A stretch of DNA of 62,855 nucleotides, filler included, from Phoronis australis (Eukaryota; Animalia; Phoronida): assembly GCA_002633005.1 (NCBI GenBank). It is 7 parts of 7 records of this genome, joined end to end, with 100 filler letters (N's around TTAATTAATTAA, not from the genome) between each part and the next. Parts side by side here need not be neighbours in the genome. Positions count along the whole stretch, not along the records: positions 4,016 to 24,094 come from NMRA01001380.1; 6 more parts are not named here. One strand, given 5' to 3'. The notes below the pieces were generated by a model. The model saw only the letters and a list, made by a program, of their open reading frames with translations. It ran no database searches and was not told the DNA's origin. The position numbers were made by a program, and so were the translations under genes. Positions 10,561 to 24,194 of this stretch are shown piece after piece; the stretch's first letter is position 1, and each line of letters opens with the position of its first letter.

Positions 10561-12096
10561 TATTTTTATGTTTGATATGGTGTTCTCCAAAAAGGCTGAA
10601 AACACCTCTGCGGCACCTGATATTGGGTACGTATGGTCGTGTTAGATTTCATGGAAAAAAACCATCAAAGCTGTAACGTAGATAAAAAATTCTGTTCATG
10701 CTGCGAACATGTTATTCACAACTGATTCATGGATATAACGAGTTCTGATAGTTTTCAGTTTAGTTAGATTGACAATCATTTCACTTGCACGACACAGATA
10801 AGCGGGCAATGGAACTGTTCGCTTTTTGTCTTCATAGTGAATATAAAACACGTTCGAATTAATTATCCATAGATGTTGTATGTGATGCTCAGCCACCGTG
10901 GCGACAGCCTCGGCATCCACATTGAGGAAGGGGGTATCCAACCACTATGTATACTATTTTTGGAAATAGTGACTGAATTGCAGTTGAATTAAATAAAGAT
11001 TCGAGTTTATGCTTCACCTTTTTACTGTTATTATTTCATAGTACAGGCCCGTAGCCGGGGGGGAGGGTTCGGAGGTTCGATCGAACTCCTACCCCGCTGA
11101 AAAGGTCCACCCCCCAGCATATTCGTTAAAGATAGGGTTTAATTGGACAATAACAACAAAATTGTTGCAGCTACTGGTGCTAACTACAATGATAACTAAG
11201 TTAGCAATAATTTTGAATTCGCTTCTGATTCAAACCGCGTCACGTGGCGTTGGGCCGAACTCGGCAAACTTCGCCCGAATGCCGCTGTTAGTGTAGATGA
11301 CAGGATTGTGCATACGATAAGAGAAGCATTTATGTTATTCATAACCCACGCGAGTGGTGGCTACAACAAAGGCTAACAAGTGAGTCCAGAAGTGAATGTC
11401 TATACCTAAGCATAAAAGTCTAGCCCTAAAACCTAAGTAAACTTCATGCTAATGTAAATAGCAACGAGAGAGCTCCCAAAAAGTAGTGCGGTGTGAATGC
11501 CTTAAACTCGGCCAATGAAGAAACAAAACAGCAGAAAAATTGAAATTTGTTATTCTGCTATTTTTGGTTTAATTGCAACCATAGCACGGTGGAGGTGTAG
11601 GCATTTTCAAATTTTGAATTGAAAGTGATCGTCAAATATGCAAATATGTTGTTCAACCAGTGTCCACTTTGATTGTGGATTGATGGATCATGCATGCGTG
11701 TACACGTTTGAACGTTTCCGTTCTTTTAAATTCAGTACATGTTGACAGTAAGTTCATTATAGTCAGTCCTCCGTCGTGCTAAAAGCCAGACATTCAACTA
11801 CTGTGTTTTCTTGCACTGAGAATACACCGTTGAGCATTTTCACGTTATGATGGAAAGGTAGGCATAAACCTCAACTTTGGTCAATGAAAACCTTCTCTAG
11901 TCAATCAAAGTCAATGGTGCCCAACCCTGAAGATTTCATACGAGCCACGAACTAGATGGAAAAAATTTCCAGGGTTCCATGTCATTATGACGAAGGCTCA
12001 ATACTCCGAAGGTCCAGTACTCAGAATGCCTTTTACTCCGAAGGTTCGTTATCTTCTAAAGATCACTACTTTGAATTTCCACTATTTCAAAACCAT

Positions 12097-12501
12097 CAGG
12101 GCCCGGTCTCTAATCTTTGTACTCGAAACGAACTGGAAATTATTTTTGGCATTATTTCTGCTCCTTTTGTGCGAATTCCAGATAAGTGGTTATCAGATTG
12201 TGCTCGAATAATTATAGTTCATGCATATGAGTTTCTAGTCCAAGTTTGCACTTAAAAAGACTTATATGCGTGCTACAAACTCGAGTAAAAACTCGAAACT
12301 TCGAGTTTAAACTCAAACTTTTAGCTTTACTGTTGGATTTGTCAATTGCAAACTAGGACTAATCAATCATCCACGTAAGTCATTATGTATTCGAGCGTTG
12401 AGTCATGGACACTTATCTTGAGTTTGCTCAAAAGTAGATTAAAAATGCCAAACATTATTTCTAGTTCCATTTCGAGTAAAAGGATTCGAGACTGGACCCT
12501 G
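12097..12501. mobile_element. PIF/Harbinger-like MITE, copy 1
   Basis: CAG|GGCCCGGTCTCTAATCTTTGTACTCGAAA ... TTTCGAGTAAAAGGATTCGAGACTGGACC|CTG; ~30-bp TIRs with CWG flanks. Confidence 0.7.
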
Positions 12502-13315
12502 ATGTAATACTGCTGAATCCCTCGAAAGATTTCCGGGGTTCCATGTCACTATGACGAAGGTTCAATACTCCGAAGGTCCATTACTCAGAATGCGTACTTA
12601 GATGAAAGGTAGGGTGGACCAAAGATGAGATGCATTTTTCTGATATTTAAAAAATATTATAATTCTTATTTTATAACCTTATTCTATTTATCATCTGGGA
12701 GGAAAATATTACCAAACAGGTGGAGAGCATTTACACCTAGGTGAAAAACATTAGCAATCGGTGGAAATCATTTCCATCCGGTGGAAAGGGTTTCAAATGT
12801 ATGGCAGTGTCCTAAGAACGAGAGAGGTTCGAGAAACGTGGAAATTAAGTCCAAGTCTAACAGCGAGGCTGAAACATCTTTAGCAAAGTGTTAAAGGATC
12901 GGATCACGTGACTAAGAATATTAACGTTCGAGTAAAATCTTTCCACCCAGGTGGAATTGTTTCACGTCTGAAAGGTATTGTTTTCTACCTGGGTGCTAAA
13001 GGGAAGAAAAGTTTCAAAACAAGATGAAAATTTGCATTATATGTCTAAAAATGCCAATCATCTTTTGGCCAAAGTAGAAAGGTGATAATAATCTTTATTC
13101 CCTTTTTCGCGTACATGTTGTCAGCCTGATAACAGGTGGTAATCTAGTAGCTGGTATTTTGAAATTTTGTTGAATGACTTTCTTTCGTAAACAAATTTAA
13201 CATTTTTCCAAGAAAATTCCACAATAGGGGGTACATCTTCCATACAGTTAACCCCGAAGTTGCGCTGTGCCATATTTTAATGATAAATCTTTTTACTTAC
13301 TCGATAAGTCATTAC

Positions 13316-13346
13316 CATCCTCAGCCGCGTCTTCTTGGTCGGCCAT
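13316..13346 (-). CDS. Initiator coding exon of an uncharacterised minus-strand gene (MADQEDAAED-G)
   Basis: On the minus strand: ttttatttgtAG|atttagAAAATGGCC...GAGGATG|GTAATG. Strong start context and a phase-1 donor that fits the exon at 6923-7105. A candidate upstream UTR exon lies at 17486-17521 (-). Confidence 0.55.
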
Positions 13347-13689
13347 TTTCTAAATCTACAAATAAAAGCAGTGTAGGTTGTGTATTCTTGGAAGTGGTCA
13401 TTGAGACTCAGATGTCTTTTTCTCCGTTAGAAACCGAGAGAGTTAGTGTCTGATTATACATGTGAAGACGAGGCTCTATTGCACCCCGTGTTTCAACAGC
13501 TCAAGTAGAGATCGATGAAAAACAGAACAGCGGACATTTTTATTGTTTGATGAAATGTTTAGTGGTATTGGAACCATGTGCAGATTTCCGTGTCAGCCTT
13601 CATTTTGAAATTCGACATTGAAGGCTTAGAATATTTCCGAAGTCCTTTCCATTCACAAACTTGCCTTAGAACAACTTGAACGAGTGCAA

Positions 13690-14104
13690 CTGGGCCCAGT
13701 CTCTAATCTTTGTACTCGAAACGAAATCGAAACAATTTTTGGCAATTTCTTTGCCCCTTTTGTGCGAACTTAAGATAATTGGTTATCAGACTGTGCTCGA
13801 ATACATTATAGTTTACAAATGTATGCATAGGAGTTTCTAGTTCAAATTTGCCCTTGAAGACCCTTATATTCGTGCTACAAACTCGAGTAAAAACTCGAAA
13901 TTTCGAGTTTAAACTCGAACTTATTGCTTTAATATTGGGTTTACAAACTGTGAACAAAGGGCAATAAATTATCTACGTAAGTTATTGTGTACTCGAGCAT
14001 AGAATACTAGACACTTATCTTGAGTTCGCCCAAAAGTAGAGTAGAAAATGCCAAACCTAATTTCGAGTTCCATTTCGAGTAAAAAGATTGGAGACCGGGC
14101 CCTG
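13690..14104. mobile_element. PIF/Harbinger-like MITE, copy 2
   Basis: Homologous to copy 1 along its length, with CTG flanks on both sides. A more decayed inverted copy lies at ~19813-20185. Confidence 0.72.
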
Positions 14105-14127
14105 GTCTCATTTTAAGTGGAGAGCAG

Positions 14128-14260
14128 CATACACACACTGACACACGTACACGCACACGCACTCACAAACATGCACGCACGCACGCGCATGCACGCACGC
14201 ACACGCACGCACGCACACGCACGAACGCCAACGCACGAACGCCCCCCCCCACACACACAT
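14128..14260. repeat. (CA)n/(CACG)n microsatellite
   Basis: Directly visible simple repeat. Confidence 0.95.
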
Positions 14261-15778
14261 CTGATTACTAGGGTAAGTTGGAAGTTGTCGTTCTGTGCAT
14301 GGCAATGGGTAGCTGATGCCAAAAATACGGCGCCCAAAAGAAGACCCGACGGTCTGTATGTAACCGCTGCAAACAATTGCCTCAGCTTTGCATCAGGTTT
14401 GTGGCTTTACAGCCATTAAAAGTGGAATAAGTTAACCCACCTCAAATCACGACAGGTGGAGTTAGATAACAAAATCGGGGCAAATTGCACTAGTTTAAGT
14501 AGTGCCCATGCAGACAGCTCCCAAACCAAGTGACAACTCGTTTCAGGAGTAACTTGTTTTAGATTCAGACCACGACACTACTTTGGTTACCTTTTAAACA
14601 GACGTCTATTGAGATTGCTGGACATACATACAGTTATAACCAAAAGCGACAAGTCAACAGGACATTAGGTAAGCCCGTACAAACGCCTTCTCTGATCATG
14701 TACACAGAGTTGCGAACTAGGAGAATAAACCAGACAGACAACTTTCAACCAATCAAAATATTCATAAGAACTGCAGCGTCTTTATTGTTGCATGGTTCTT
14801 TAGTGCCACGATTGTAAAACTGAGCAAACGGAATATTGGCCGTCAAAATTTAATTTTCCAATTTCAAAATAACCTCATGTAGCTAAAAAATCACTTCATG
14901 ATCACATGGACTGTAGCTCGTGCACTTCATTTGATTTTAATTTAGAGTATAACTGACTATGCTATTTTAGTATTTTTATTCATTTCGAAAGGTAAGTCCC
15001 TGGTCCATATCAAATGTACAATACAAAACGCCTGAGAAAAAAAATAAGGTAATATTTTGAATGGCGAATTCATTTTCTGAAGACATAAAATACGTAAAAG
15101 TTTAGTTCACACGAATTAAATTAAACATTCTCCGTTTTAAACTCTTTCCTAATGTCAGTCTATAATGTACAAATATATGTGACACTCATTTTCACTAGTG
15201 ACTTTTACCTAACAAGTTTTAACAGAAAAAACACAAATGTTCCAGGTGTGGGAATGTTAACGTGTCTCCCTTTTCTTTACGGAGACAGTGGCACGAACAA
15301 TGAAAGCGGGCAAGGATTGTCCCTAAGACCTTTGTCCTGGGTGGAGAACAAATATTCTCCGGATCCAACGAGACATTAAAGCACGTTCCTTATAATTTTA
15401 TGTCAGGCCTGTATAGCCAGTCACGTATTCTCTGTATGAACTGGAATAACAAAACTTCCTTATTTCCACAGCTATTTTAGTGTCTCGTAAAGGTTACTGG
15501 AAAAGAACAAAATTCAATTGAACGCTTGGAGCAGCAACTGAATACATGGATAAATCTTAAAAACACAGACAATGTGAATAATGACAGCCATCTTGAAATG
15601 CAGAAATACCTTATTCGGATCTTAGATTAGTTTTTACAGATCTCGGACAAAATGGCCTCATTTTCGAGTTATTTGCCAGACAGTAACGTCAATGGAGGCT
15701 AGATGACAGACTTGAGGCAGGGGAATTCGACTCTGTATCATTTTTTTACAGCGGCGGGCTTAGCGACACGCCATCTTA

Positions 15779-16472
15779 AGGCCCAGTCATACAGCCGATT
15801 ACGCATGAATCACTCATGAATCACGCCCAGATTTTCGCTTATGCGTGAAGCTTGCGTCGTATGCGTAATTGGTCGGTGGAACCAACGTGGAGCATCAGTG
15901 AATGTAAGTGGATGTGCGTCGAGGGGGGTTTGTGCGCGATTTTGAGTTTTGAACGGTTCAAAAATTTTCCAACGCACAACTCTGCGTCGGTTTGCGTAAT
16001 TCGTGAGTTGACGTGCGTAGTTTATGCGTCGAGTATGTGTGATTATGCGCTGGACACGCGTTTGCCACCAGTGCTTATGCGTCAGAACTGGTTCGAAATC
16101 ACGCACGTCCACGTCCGTCCACTGACGCCCCACCTTCATATCACGCATGAAATACGCATATAGGACGTTCATTCCACTGACAGCCACTGACAATCACTTA
16201 CAAAAGTGTTTGAACGTGATCCGTCAATGATTCATGCGTGAGGCATGCGTCGAAGGTTCGTGGAATACCATATCATTTTGGCTTGTATGCGTCGATATGC
16301 GCGATATGTCAGTGATTTATCAGTGATTGTAAGTGATATGTGCGTGGGCCAGAGGTGATTCGTCAGTTATTTGTCAGTGATTTCTAACCTCTACACGATC
16401 AAAACACGCACAAACTGAATTTGTGCGTGTTGTATGAGTGATTCATGCGTGATCGGCTGTATGACTGGGCCT
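15779..16472. mobile_element. PIF/Harbinger-type MITE
   Basis: TTA|AGGCCCAGTCATACAGCCGATTACGCATGAATCACTCAT ... ATGAGTGATTCATGCGTGATCGGCTGTATGACTGGGCCT|TTA; ~39-bp TIRs and a TTA TSD. Confidence 0.85.
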
Positions 16473-19400
16473 TTAAGAGTGACTCCACGAGAACAGTTTC
16501 AGGCAAAAGTGACACGTCACAGATATTTTGACCTATGGACATTTGGTACTGACACCTAAGTGCAATGATTAACGAGGTAAATATTGTAAACGACAGTGCA
16601 GCCTAATGCACGTGGCAGAGGATACTGTTAAATTAGTGTTGTACGAGCACTTTCACAAACTTATTGGTGAATCACGATTACGTTGCCTTTTCATTAATCA
16701 CCAAGCAAGCGAAGAGTGTTTAAGTAGGGCAAAATGCGGTCAATAGTTATCCGAAATAGAGTCATGCCTGTGGCGGCTTGAACTTCAATTCTAACCATAC
16801 ATGTCTGCCAATGTTTGCAGAAAACACAGTACACCTGAACTCCTCGAACAGCGTTATGCAACACAACTAATACGGTATTCAGACATCGAGAGCTTAGCCT
16901 ATATAAGTTCGTGAACTTACATTCTGCGTCTAGTAATACGGTATATGAGCAGACAGCAGAAATTTGAACATCATAGAGGCACACGCTGAGACCTCACACA
17001 TAACACAATAAATTTATACGTCATATCTCCTTGAAAATACAACTTTTGAATTGGGGAGATTCTTACTTAGGGTAATCCAGCACAAAGATAGTATCGACTT
17101 TTAAGTTTTTTGGTTGGGCCCTGATGCTGCGCCGTGTGAAACACTGTGTGTTCAATCAGTATTTCAGAAAGGGAACTTTAAACACCGATTTCTCAACTGC
17201 GCCCATGGCCTAAACTCACTTCACAAGGGTGGGTTAATTAAGATGCTAGTGCCCAGTTTGTTAATTTATTTATAAAAGTACCGTATTTGAAATAATCTAA
17301 TGCTAAGACACACTCCACTCAGCGCTTCTCAAAGCTCAAAATTAAACGAGAAGCTGTAACGTAAAAACATTAATGAGACACTGCGTACCCTTAATCAGGC
17401 CATCCGTAGTAAAGACACCCCAGTTAGCGGGGACGGTCGGTTAAGTTGTTTCTACTCTTTTTTAAAGTAAACATTTGTAACTCACCGGAGATTCACAAAA
17501 TTCGGAGCCTACAGTGTATATCTGTAAGATGGCGATATTAATTGATAAAACGTCGGTGAATAAGACGGACGTGATTTTAGTCATCACTTCCGTCTAAATT
17601 TACAAAATTCAATTGAAACGAAAATTTAACCCTTAAAACTTATGTCGTTAGTCTTTAAAGAGAACAACTAATTAAATGTTAATACAATTTACCTTTCAAG
17701 TTGCCTTCATGAATCCACAGCCAGTAGAATTGGTTGTACTAGTACGTTAGGAGAAGCTTAAACAACCCTTCCCACTGTCACCGTGGTGAGAGACAAAACA
17801 AACTCACCTCAAACTAAATATGTTATTGATAAAATACTTGATATGATGTTGTTTTTTTCCTGCCCTGGGACTTTGCCTTTGTGTAGTTAAAGGTTGGCTT
17901 TGTCCCTAACAAAAGAAAAAAGATACCCCTGGCGCATCGTTTGGTTCTAGGAAACGATCATGGCAGGTTGCCAATTGTTACATTGCTGTTGAAAGTGAAA
18001 GAAAAACACGATGGCATATCAGCGGAAGAAAATGCAATTCAAATGTTTTTGTAACATAACACCGATTGAAAAATCAAGACTATTTATATTTTATGCATAT
18101 CTACGAGTATGTATTTCCCTCTAGATAGACTATTTTCGTCTCTTACGGACACCTAACTTAAGTAGACACCTAAATTTGTGATTGGCTTGTGCCTAACACG
18201 TGACTCAATGGTCTAAACAAGAAGTGTCATGGCAATCCACATATGACCTTCCTTTATTGATATATGTCTATAAATTTACACCCTCAAAATCATACATGTC
18301 AGAATCTTACATGTCAACCAACTAGTTCGATGAACACACAATGAACTCACAAGTCAGAGAGCGCGTGCCACGGTCCTCCATATTGGTTGGGCGAAGAAAT
18401 AAAACAAAGGCACGCTCTCGTAAATACTCAGAATAAAATTTGAAATTTCAAATACTACAGGGGTTGTAAAATATTGCTAAAACAAAGCAACGTAAATAAG
18501 TGACCGCTCATTGCTTAATCGTGGTCATATAAGTCAATACGCAGACAAGCTTCCCAATGCTTTGGCTGGAAATCTTTGCTGCTAGGGTCTGGGAGGTCCC
18601 GGTCGGCTCCTGTCTAAAAGACAACTACACCGAAATTTAGACATTTATAAATTCTGGAAATTATTTCCTTTTATACCATTAATTAACTTCATGAGAAATT
18701 AGTAATTATATAGAAAAATAACAGAAAAGGCGATCAGCTGTCAACGGACGACTCGCCACTGAATCACTGCATTCCCGAAGTTTTTAGGCCAAGAGATTTA
18801 TTCTTCTGTCCTCTTTGGTTCATAGTGTAGTTAAAAGATCTAAAATCTAAAGTAAACCTTATGAACTTTAACTGACCTCAATCCCAGTGAACTGAAATTT
18901 CGAACGCAATACTTGGATCATAGATTATAGATAACTATAGTCTACGCTTGGACGGTCAAAGTAGGATGTTCAAGTATGCACTTGGACGCACCGAAGTTCT
19001 CGAAAACTGGATGGAAATTACTATTTCAGGCTGTGCTAAGGAGGAAAACTTTCATTGAAATTTAGACAGTTTGCACAAATAAAAGGCATGTAGCGGAGTG
19101 TCGAGGTGTGTAAAGAAAGCGTTACTTTAATGGTACTCTCTATCTCTCATAACTCTCTGGTATTTGTCCCACTACCAAATTTATCTTGTCGTGTAGAACT
19201 AAGTTTGTATATTTTGAAACTCCATGGTCTCAAAATTCAAACGGTACTATCATAAACTCTGTTGTCAAAAGTGCTGTAAATGGAATTCATGTATATTTGT
19301 GGATCCAGTATGTTAAAAAGGTGCAATTTCATACAAGTAAACGTACTTCATCTCGAATGGGCATCCACAAAATGATGCAAAAATAGAAACAACGCAATGA

Positions 19401-22400
19401 GATGCGCCATCTCAAACAATTAAGTTTCGATTTATTGCAAAATATTCCCACCATTCAGCAAAAACTCACATAAGTGGAATACATGTATGCCTAACTGGAC
19501 AGTGTTACTGCCTTGGTACATGCACTGCACCGAACCCAAGTTTGATTTCAACAAACCCGAATTAAGTCCTTCGATTCAGTTGGATCTGAGTATTTAGTGC
19601 TACACATTTTTGATACACATATTCCAATGTACATGTATGTCTTGTAATTGACTGCAGACTGCCACAATAAAAATAGAACAAAAGTCAATGGTCATAAACT
19701 CTATGCTGCAAACCCAGGCATTAATACTGAACAATCGTTTTTGCTATCGCATTCTCTCCTGCAAAATCAATGTTTAAATCCCGTAAGGTCAAAAAATCGC
19801 ATCATTGGTTTTGGGTCCGAGGACTAATCTTTCTAGTGGAAATCGAACTTGACGTTTTCTGCTCTACTTTACTTCAAACTTAAAATAAGTGTCTTGCTTA
19901 ATAACTTTGAGGTCGAAAAGGTTAGGGTTTTCGTGTATAATAACATTAGTTTTCATTTGATGACCCAAGTATTAAAGTTATGAGTTTGAGTCCAAACTTT
20001 TAAGTTGTTACTCGAAACGTAGCTTGTGTTTTGGGGTCACCAAGTGCAAATCTGGACTAGAAACTCATGTGCGTAAAATATGATATACTGGAACATATAA
20101 TCCTCAATTTGTATTCAATACAGAACGAAAAGTGGTCATAATAAGTTTGAGTTTAATTTCAGTGCAAAAATCAGACTCAGGATTGTTCCAAAAACCAGCA
20201 CCCAACTTTTTAAAGAAAGAATATCCCGACAAATTTCAGCCGACATCAGATGATGCTGGGAGAAGGATAACGACCCAGTTGATCTTTTCTACTGGACAAC
20301 TAAACACTCGCACATCATCACATTATTTAATAGTTATTTGTGTTTCAAAAGATCACGGACTAGAATCATATGCTATTTCATTTGGCCCAACAGTTATTAA
20401 TTCACTAGCCTTAGAACAAAACGAGCTTAGCCAGGTTTTGTCACACACTACCAGTGTAGAATGACGCAGAGTGCTACATGAGTCATTCTAACTTTATTGT
20501 GAGGAGAATCGGGGGAGCGTCCAGCTACGATCTATAATTTACTGTCTTGACACTTTCGTCAGAGTAAATGTTCGCAGAGTTGTGTATTCTTTTTAGTTAT
20601 TTCGTATCGCAAGCGAAAGAACCGTGGTTACTTCTAACAAAGAACGAAACAACAGATATAGAGTAGATGCAAGATTTTTTGATACCAAATTCAAAATATA
20701 AACTACAAACGTACAACACATTCTCTGATACACGTCATCTCCCCCCTCAGTTACTTTAGTTTGGGTCAACTCTAAAATCACATAAAACTTCATTGCAGAA
20801 GTTTAATAATTAAAAATGATTTTTAAAGTTAAAACTAATCCCTAAATTAATATAAATAAAAGTCGAGACACTTACCGCATAGATACTAAACCCGATAGTA
20901 TCCGAATTTCTCTGTCTGAAAGGTCTGAGAATGTTCCAAACTACGCTACTTTGGGAGTTTAAAGTTTAAGGCAAAAACAATAAATAAGTAAAGTGAAACT
21001 TGTGTCACCAGAAGTGGATTTATGTAAAAGACATCACATACAATGAACTAGGCCGGTCATTCCAGCAAAATTACCGCACACTCAAATTTATCTCACGACT
21101 CATCCAACAGATGGCGTTCCCGCCTCAATAGTACTTGGCCACCAATAGCTCAACCAAGTCAAATAGTGATTGTGAGCTCCTTACTGTTTTCCAGTAAGAT
21201 ATTTTTGTCTTTACAATTTACACTTAATTTCTGAAAAGAGCAGATTGAATAGGCAAATAAAGCATTCAAGCTTCTTCCCAACAACTGTCGCATTTTACGT
21301 CATTGTCATATTGTACTTGGTAAGCCTCTCCTAATTTTGCGTAATTGTAGCATTTTACGTAATCGTTACATTTTAAGTTGGATGCGCATGCGAGAAATGT
21401 ACCAGTGTTACATTTTACGAAACCAACGGCATATCACCAAGTGAATGGACAAAATCACCGACAAGTGATATCTGACACGGCCAGGTGTACTCACGTAATT
21501 ATTGATGAGGGATTCCGCCCGAAAATTTGAATACCTACTCATTTAGAGAGTGGGCTCAGGCAAAAAGTGAGATATTTAGACAGTAATTTTGCGTAAAAAT
21601 CACATATTCACACAGTTCTGATCCAGAAATTCAGAAAATGTTACCTTTTAGATATTTTGTCAAAAATGGCACCATTGTGGAGATCCTTTTTGATGTAAAC
21701 ACTCTTTTGGGCGACGCTTTTCGTATGCCTCTTCTGTAAACATACCCTCTCGACTGTGACGGAATGAACTTAGCTAAACAGCGAGAGCTGTTTCAAAGGT
21801 TTTAAAGGGGTTCATAGTTTCAACCTTAACGATATAAGAAATTTCTTGACAGCTGTGATTGCAGAGTAAGCCTCCTCTTTTGGAAACGAGGAGATTGAGA
21901 TTCAAAATCTTGTGTAGACGTGTTTCAACTTCAAAAATTATTTCCGAACTATCGGCAAGCACGGTATTATAAAACCCTCATGTAGTTTGCCATAACAATT
22001 GAATCCAGACTGTATTCTTTTACTTGCAACTTGCTTCTAAACATGAGGATACACACCGTGTTATCATTTTTGTCTCTTTGTTAAAAACATAGTTCCTTTT
22101 CAAAGAACTGGGTCTCGTTCTACGAAGATGTCTAAGTTCAAACACTGCGTTAAGTTGAACTATGGAGGCAGACATTTTTCAAGTGAACCGGCAAACCAAT
22201 AAAGGGCTTGGGAATATCTTTCACTCCCAATGACCAAGAAAGTTATTTCCTAATAGATCAATTTAAAATTATATGGCTTAAAAAGTGTTTCAATGTCCAT
22301 AAAAGTCGGAACACTTCTTTGCTGGATAGAATGGATGCACGCAATTTTTTTTTTACTTCTTAAGAATGTCTATGTAAAGTATAACATAAGGATGCAGAGT

Positions 22401-23798
22401 ATAAATAGAAGGAAAGTAAACACAATGTAACAGAGCAAGTCTCCACTGAACATCAAAAATGTGTATTTCACCTCATCAGGCATAAGTTTCAGTTCAGTTA
22501 TACATGCTAACGATCAATTTTCATGTAGGCTAAGGAAGGAAACACCCTTCTCCTAAGCCTGTGGCTATCGAAATGCCCGACACATACAGTCGCGCCCACG
22601 TAACAAAGGCGCACTGAGACGCAACAAAGACATTAGCATAAGAATAACTGAACATTTGCAACTAAATAAGAATAACAATAAGGGTTACTAAAGTTCCGTC
22701 ATATTCTCCCGCCTAACAAAAAAATGTCGTCCCGACATCATTAACATACAATATGAAAACAAAGCGCAGTGAAATGGAAATCATTCAGTCTCCTCGTACT
22801 GGCTACAGACATCACAACGCACATTCCACTTTCAGCACGGCAACGCCTGGCGCGCTCGCAACAGCAGCAAAACTCAAAATACTAGAGACCTACCAAGTCC
22901 CTACCATCCAGGATCTCCGATCTATTTACAGTTTTAATCGGTTCGGCACCATCTGCCGCCCGCACAGAATACACATTGTTTCAATTACAATACGATGAGG
23001 AACTGAAACAAATGCATTCTGAATTTTATTCCTCCCTATTATGCTGTGGTCTCTAATAACAAACCTCACTTGACATGAAATGACAACTGGAAACTTAGTT
23101 GTGTAAAATAACAAAACATTTTGATTGAAAGGAGATCTGCATTTTTCAGTTTCTTGAGGCAGGCATAATTTTGTGGGCGTATAAGTTTTCAAAAAATGAG
23201 TTTTAACGAATAACATCATTTATTGTACATCGTAGGCTTTGCCTACTCATACATAAATACATAAATTAAAATGTATATTCAGAGTATTTACACAGAGAGC
23301 AGTTCTTCTCTTAAAGCCATGACCTTCTGAATTTACAATGAAAGGCGCTGGATACTGTCGTGATTTTTCTGTTGGAATTACCTAATAAGAGAATAATTAA
23401 CATTCACAAGCTCTGGTAGAAGGCATCGACACATGAAATGAGGCTCATCTTCAATTTCACCCAGACAGCATATGCCGCGTATTCTTTCACTTCTAGGAAT
23501 ACCCATATGTCTCGTGAACTTCGAAATTGCGCAAGTATTCTTCTCGAATAAGCGCTTAAATAATTCACATATTGCTCGCTTACAAGATCACGTTTAATAA
23601 GACGATAAAATTCATATTGATATTTATTATAGCTGATGACAGTAGAAAATTGAGTTAATTATGCTAAATCAGAGACCTGTAATTAAGTTGAAGCACAAAG
23701 TTTCCCTGTCAAAGTTTGTTAGCTCTTTCCACCCATTAAAATATGTGCTCTTTAATTTTTAGAAGTAGTTTGTTTTCCAAAATTATCTAACATATGGA

Positions 23799-23972
23799 TA
23801 TATATAGATTATTACATGGCGAAGTCGTTATCCCCCGTTATCTAGAGCCCGAGTGGATTTTGGAGAATTATCGCCCGAGGGGCGTTAGCCCCGAGGGTGA
23901 TAATTCTCCAAAATCCACGAGGGCTCTAGATAAGGGGGATAACGGCTGAGAACATGTAATAATCTATTTATA
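23799..23972. repeat. ~174-bp palindrome/hairpin, probably a mobile-element terminus (Crypton-like?)
   Basis: TATAGATTATTACATG...TCTAGAGCCC...GTGGATTTTGGAGAATTATC..CCCGAGGGGC-gtta-GCCCCGAGGG..GATAATTCTCCAAAATCCAC...GGGCTCTAGA...CATGTAATAATCTAT. The family label is tentative. Confidence 0.8.
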
Positions 23973-24194
23973 CCACATACTAAACGAGAAACATTGCAAT
24001 GAATCGATTTACCTTTTCTGACTCTCCACGGCTTTGTAACTACTTTCTATGTCAGAGGCCCGGGGTCGGAGGTCGTGACCTTTTAAGAAAAGCCNNNNNN
24101 NNNNNNNNNNNNNNNNNNNNNNNNNNNNNNNNNNNNNNTTAATTAATTAANNNNNNNNNNNNNNNNNNNNNNNNNNNNNNNNNNNNNNNNNNNN

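Noticed and set aside
14108-14419. His/Arg/Cys/Val-rich ORFs
   Set aside because: Translations of the CA/CACG microsatellite.
21497-21535. Second hammerhead-like motif TTGATGAG-GGG..CCC-GAAA
   Set aside because: The core C is missing, stem I is poor and the cleavage triplet ends in G. At best a dead relic.
21774-22240. Possible P-element/THAP9 C-terminal relic on the minus strand (LYWFAG..., SKRGGL)
   Set aside because: Only two short motifs in different frames; too weak to call.
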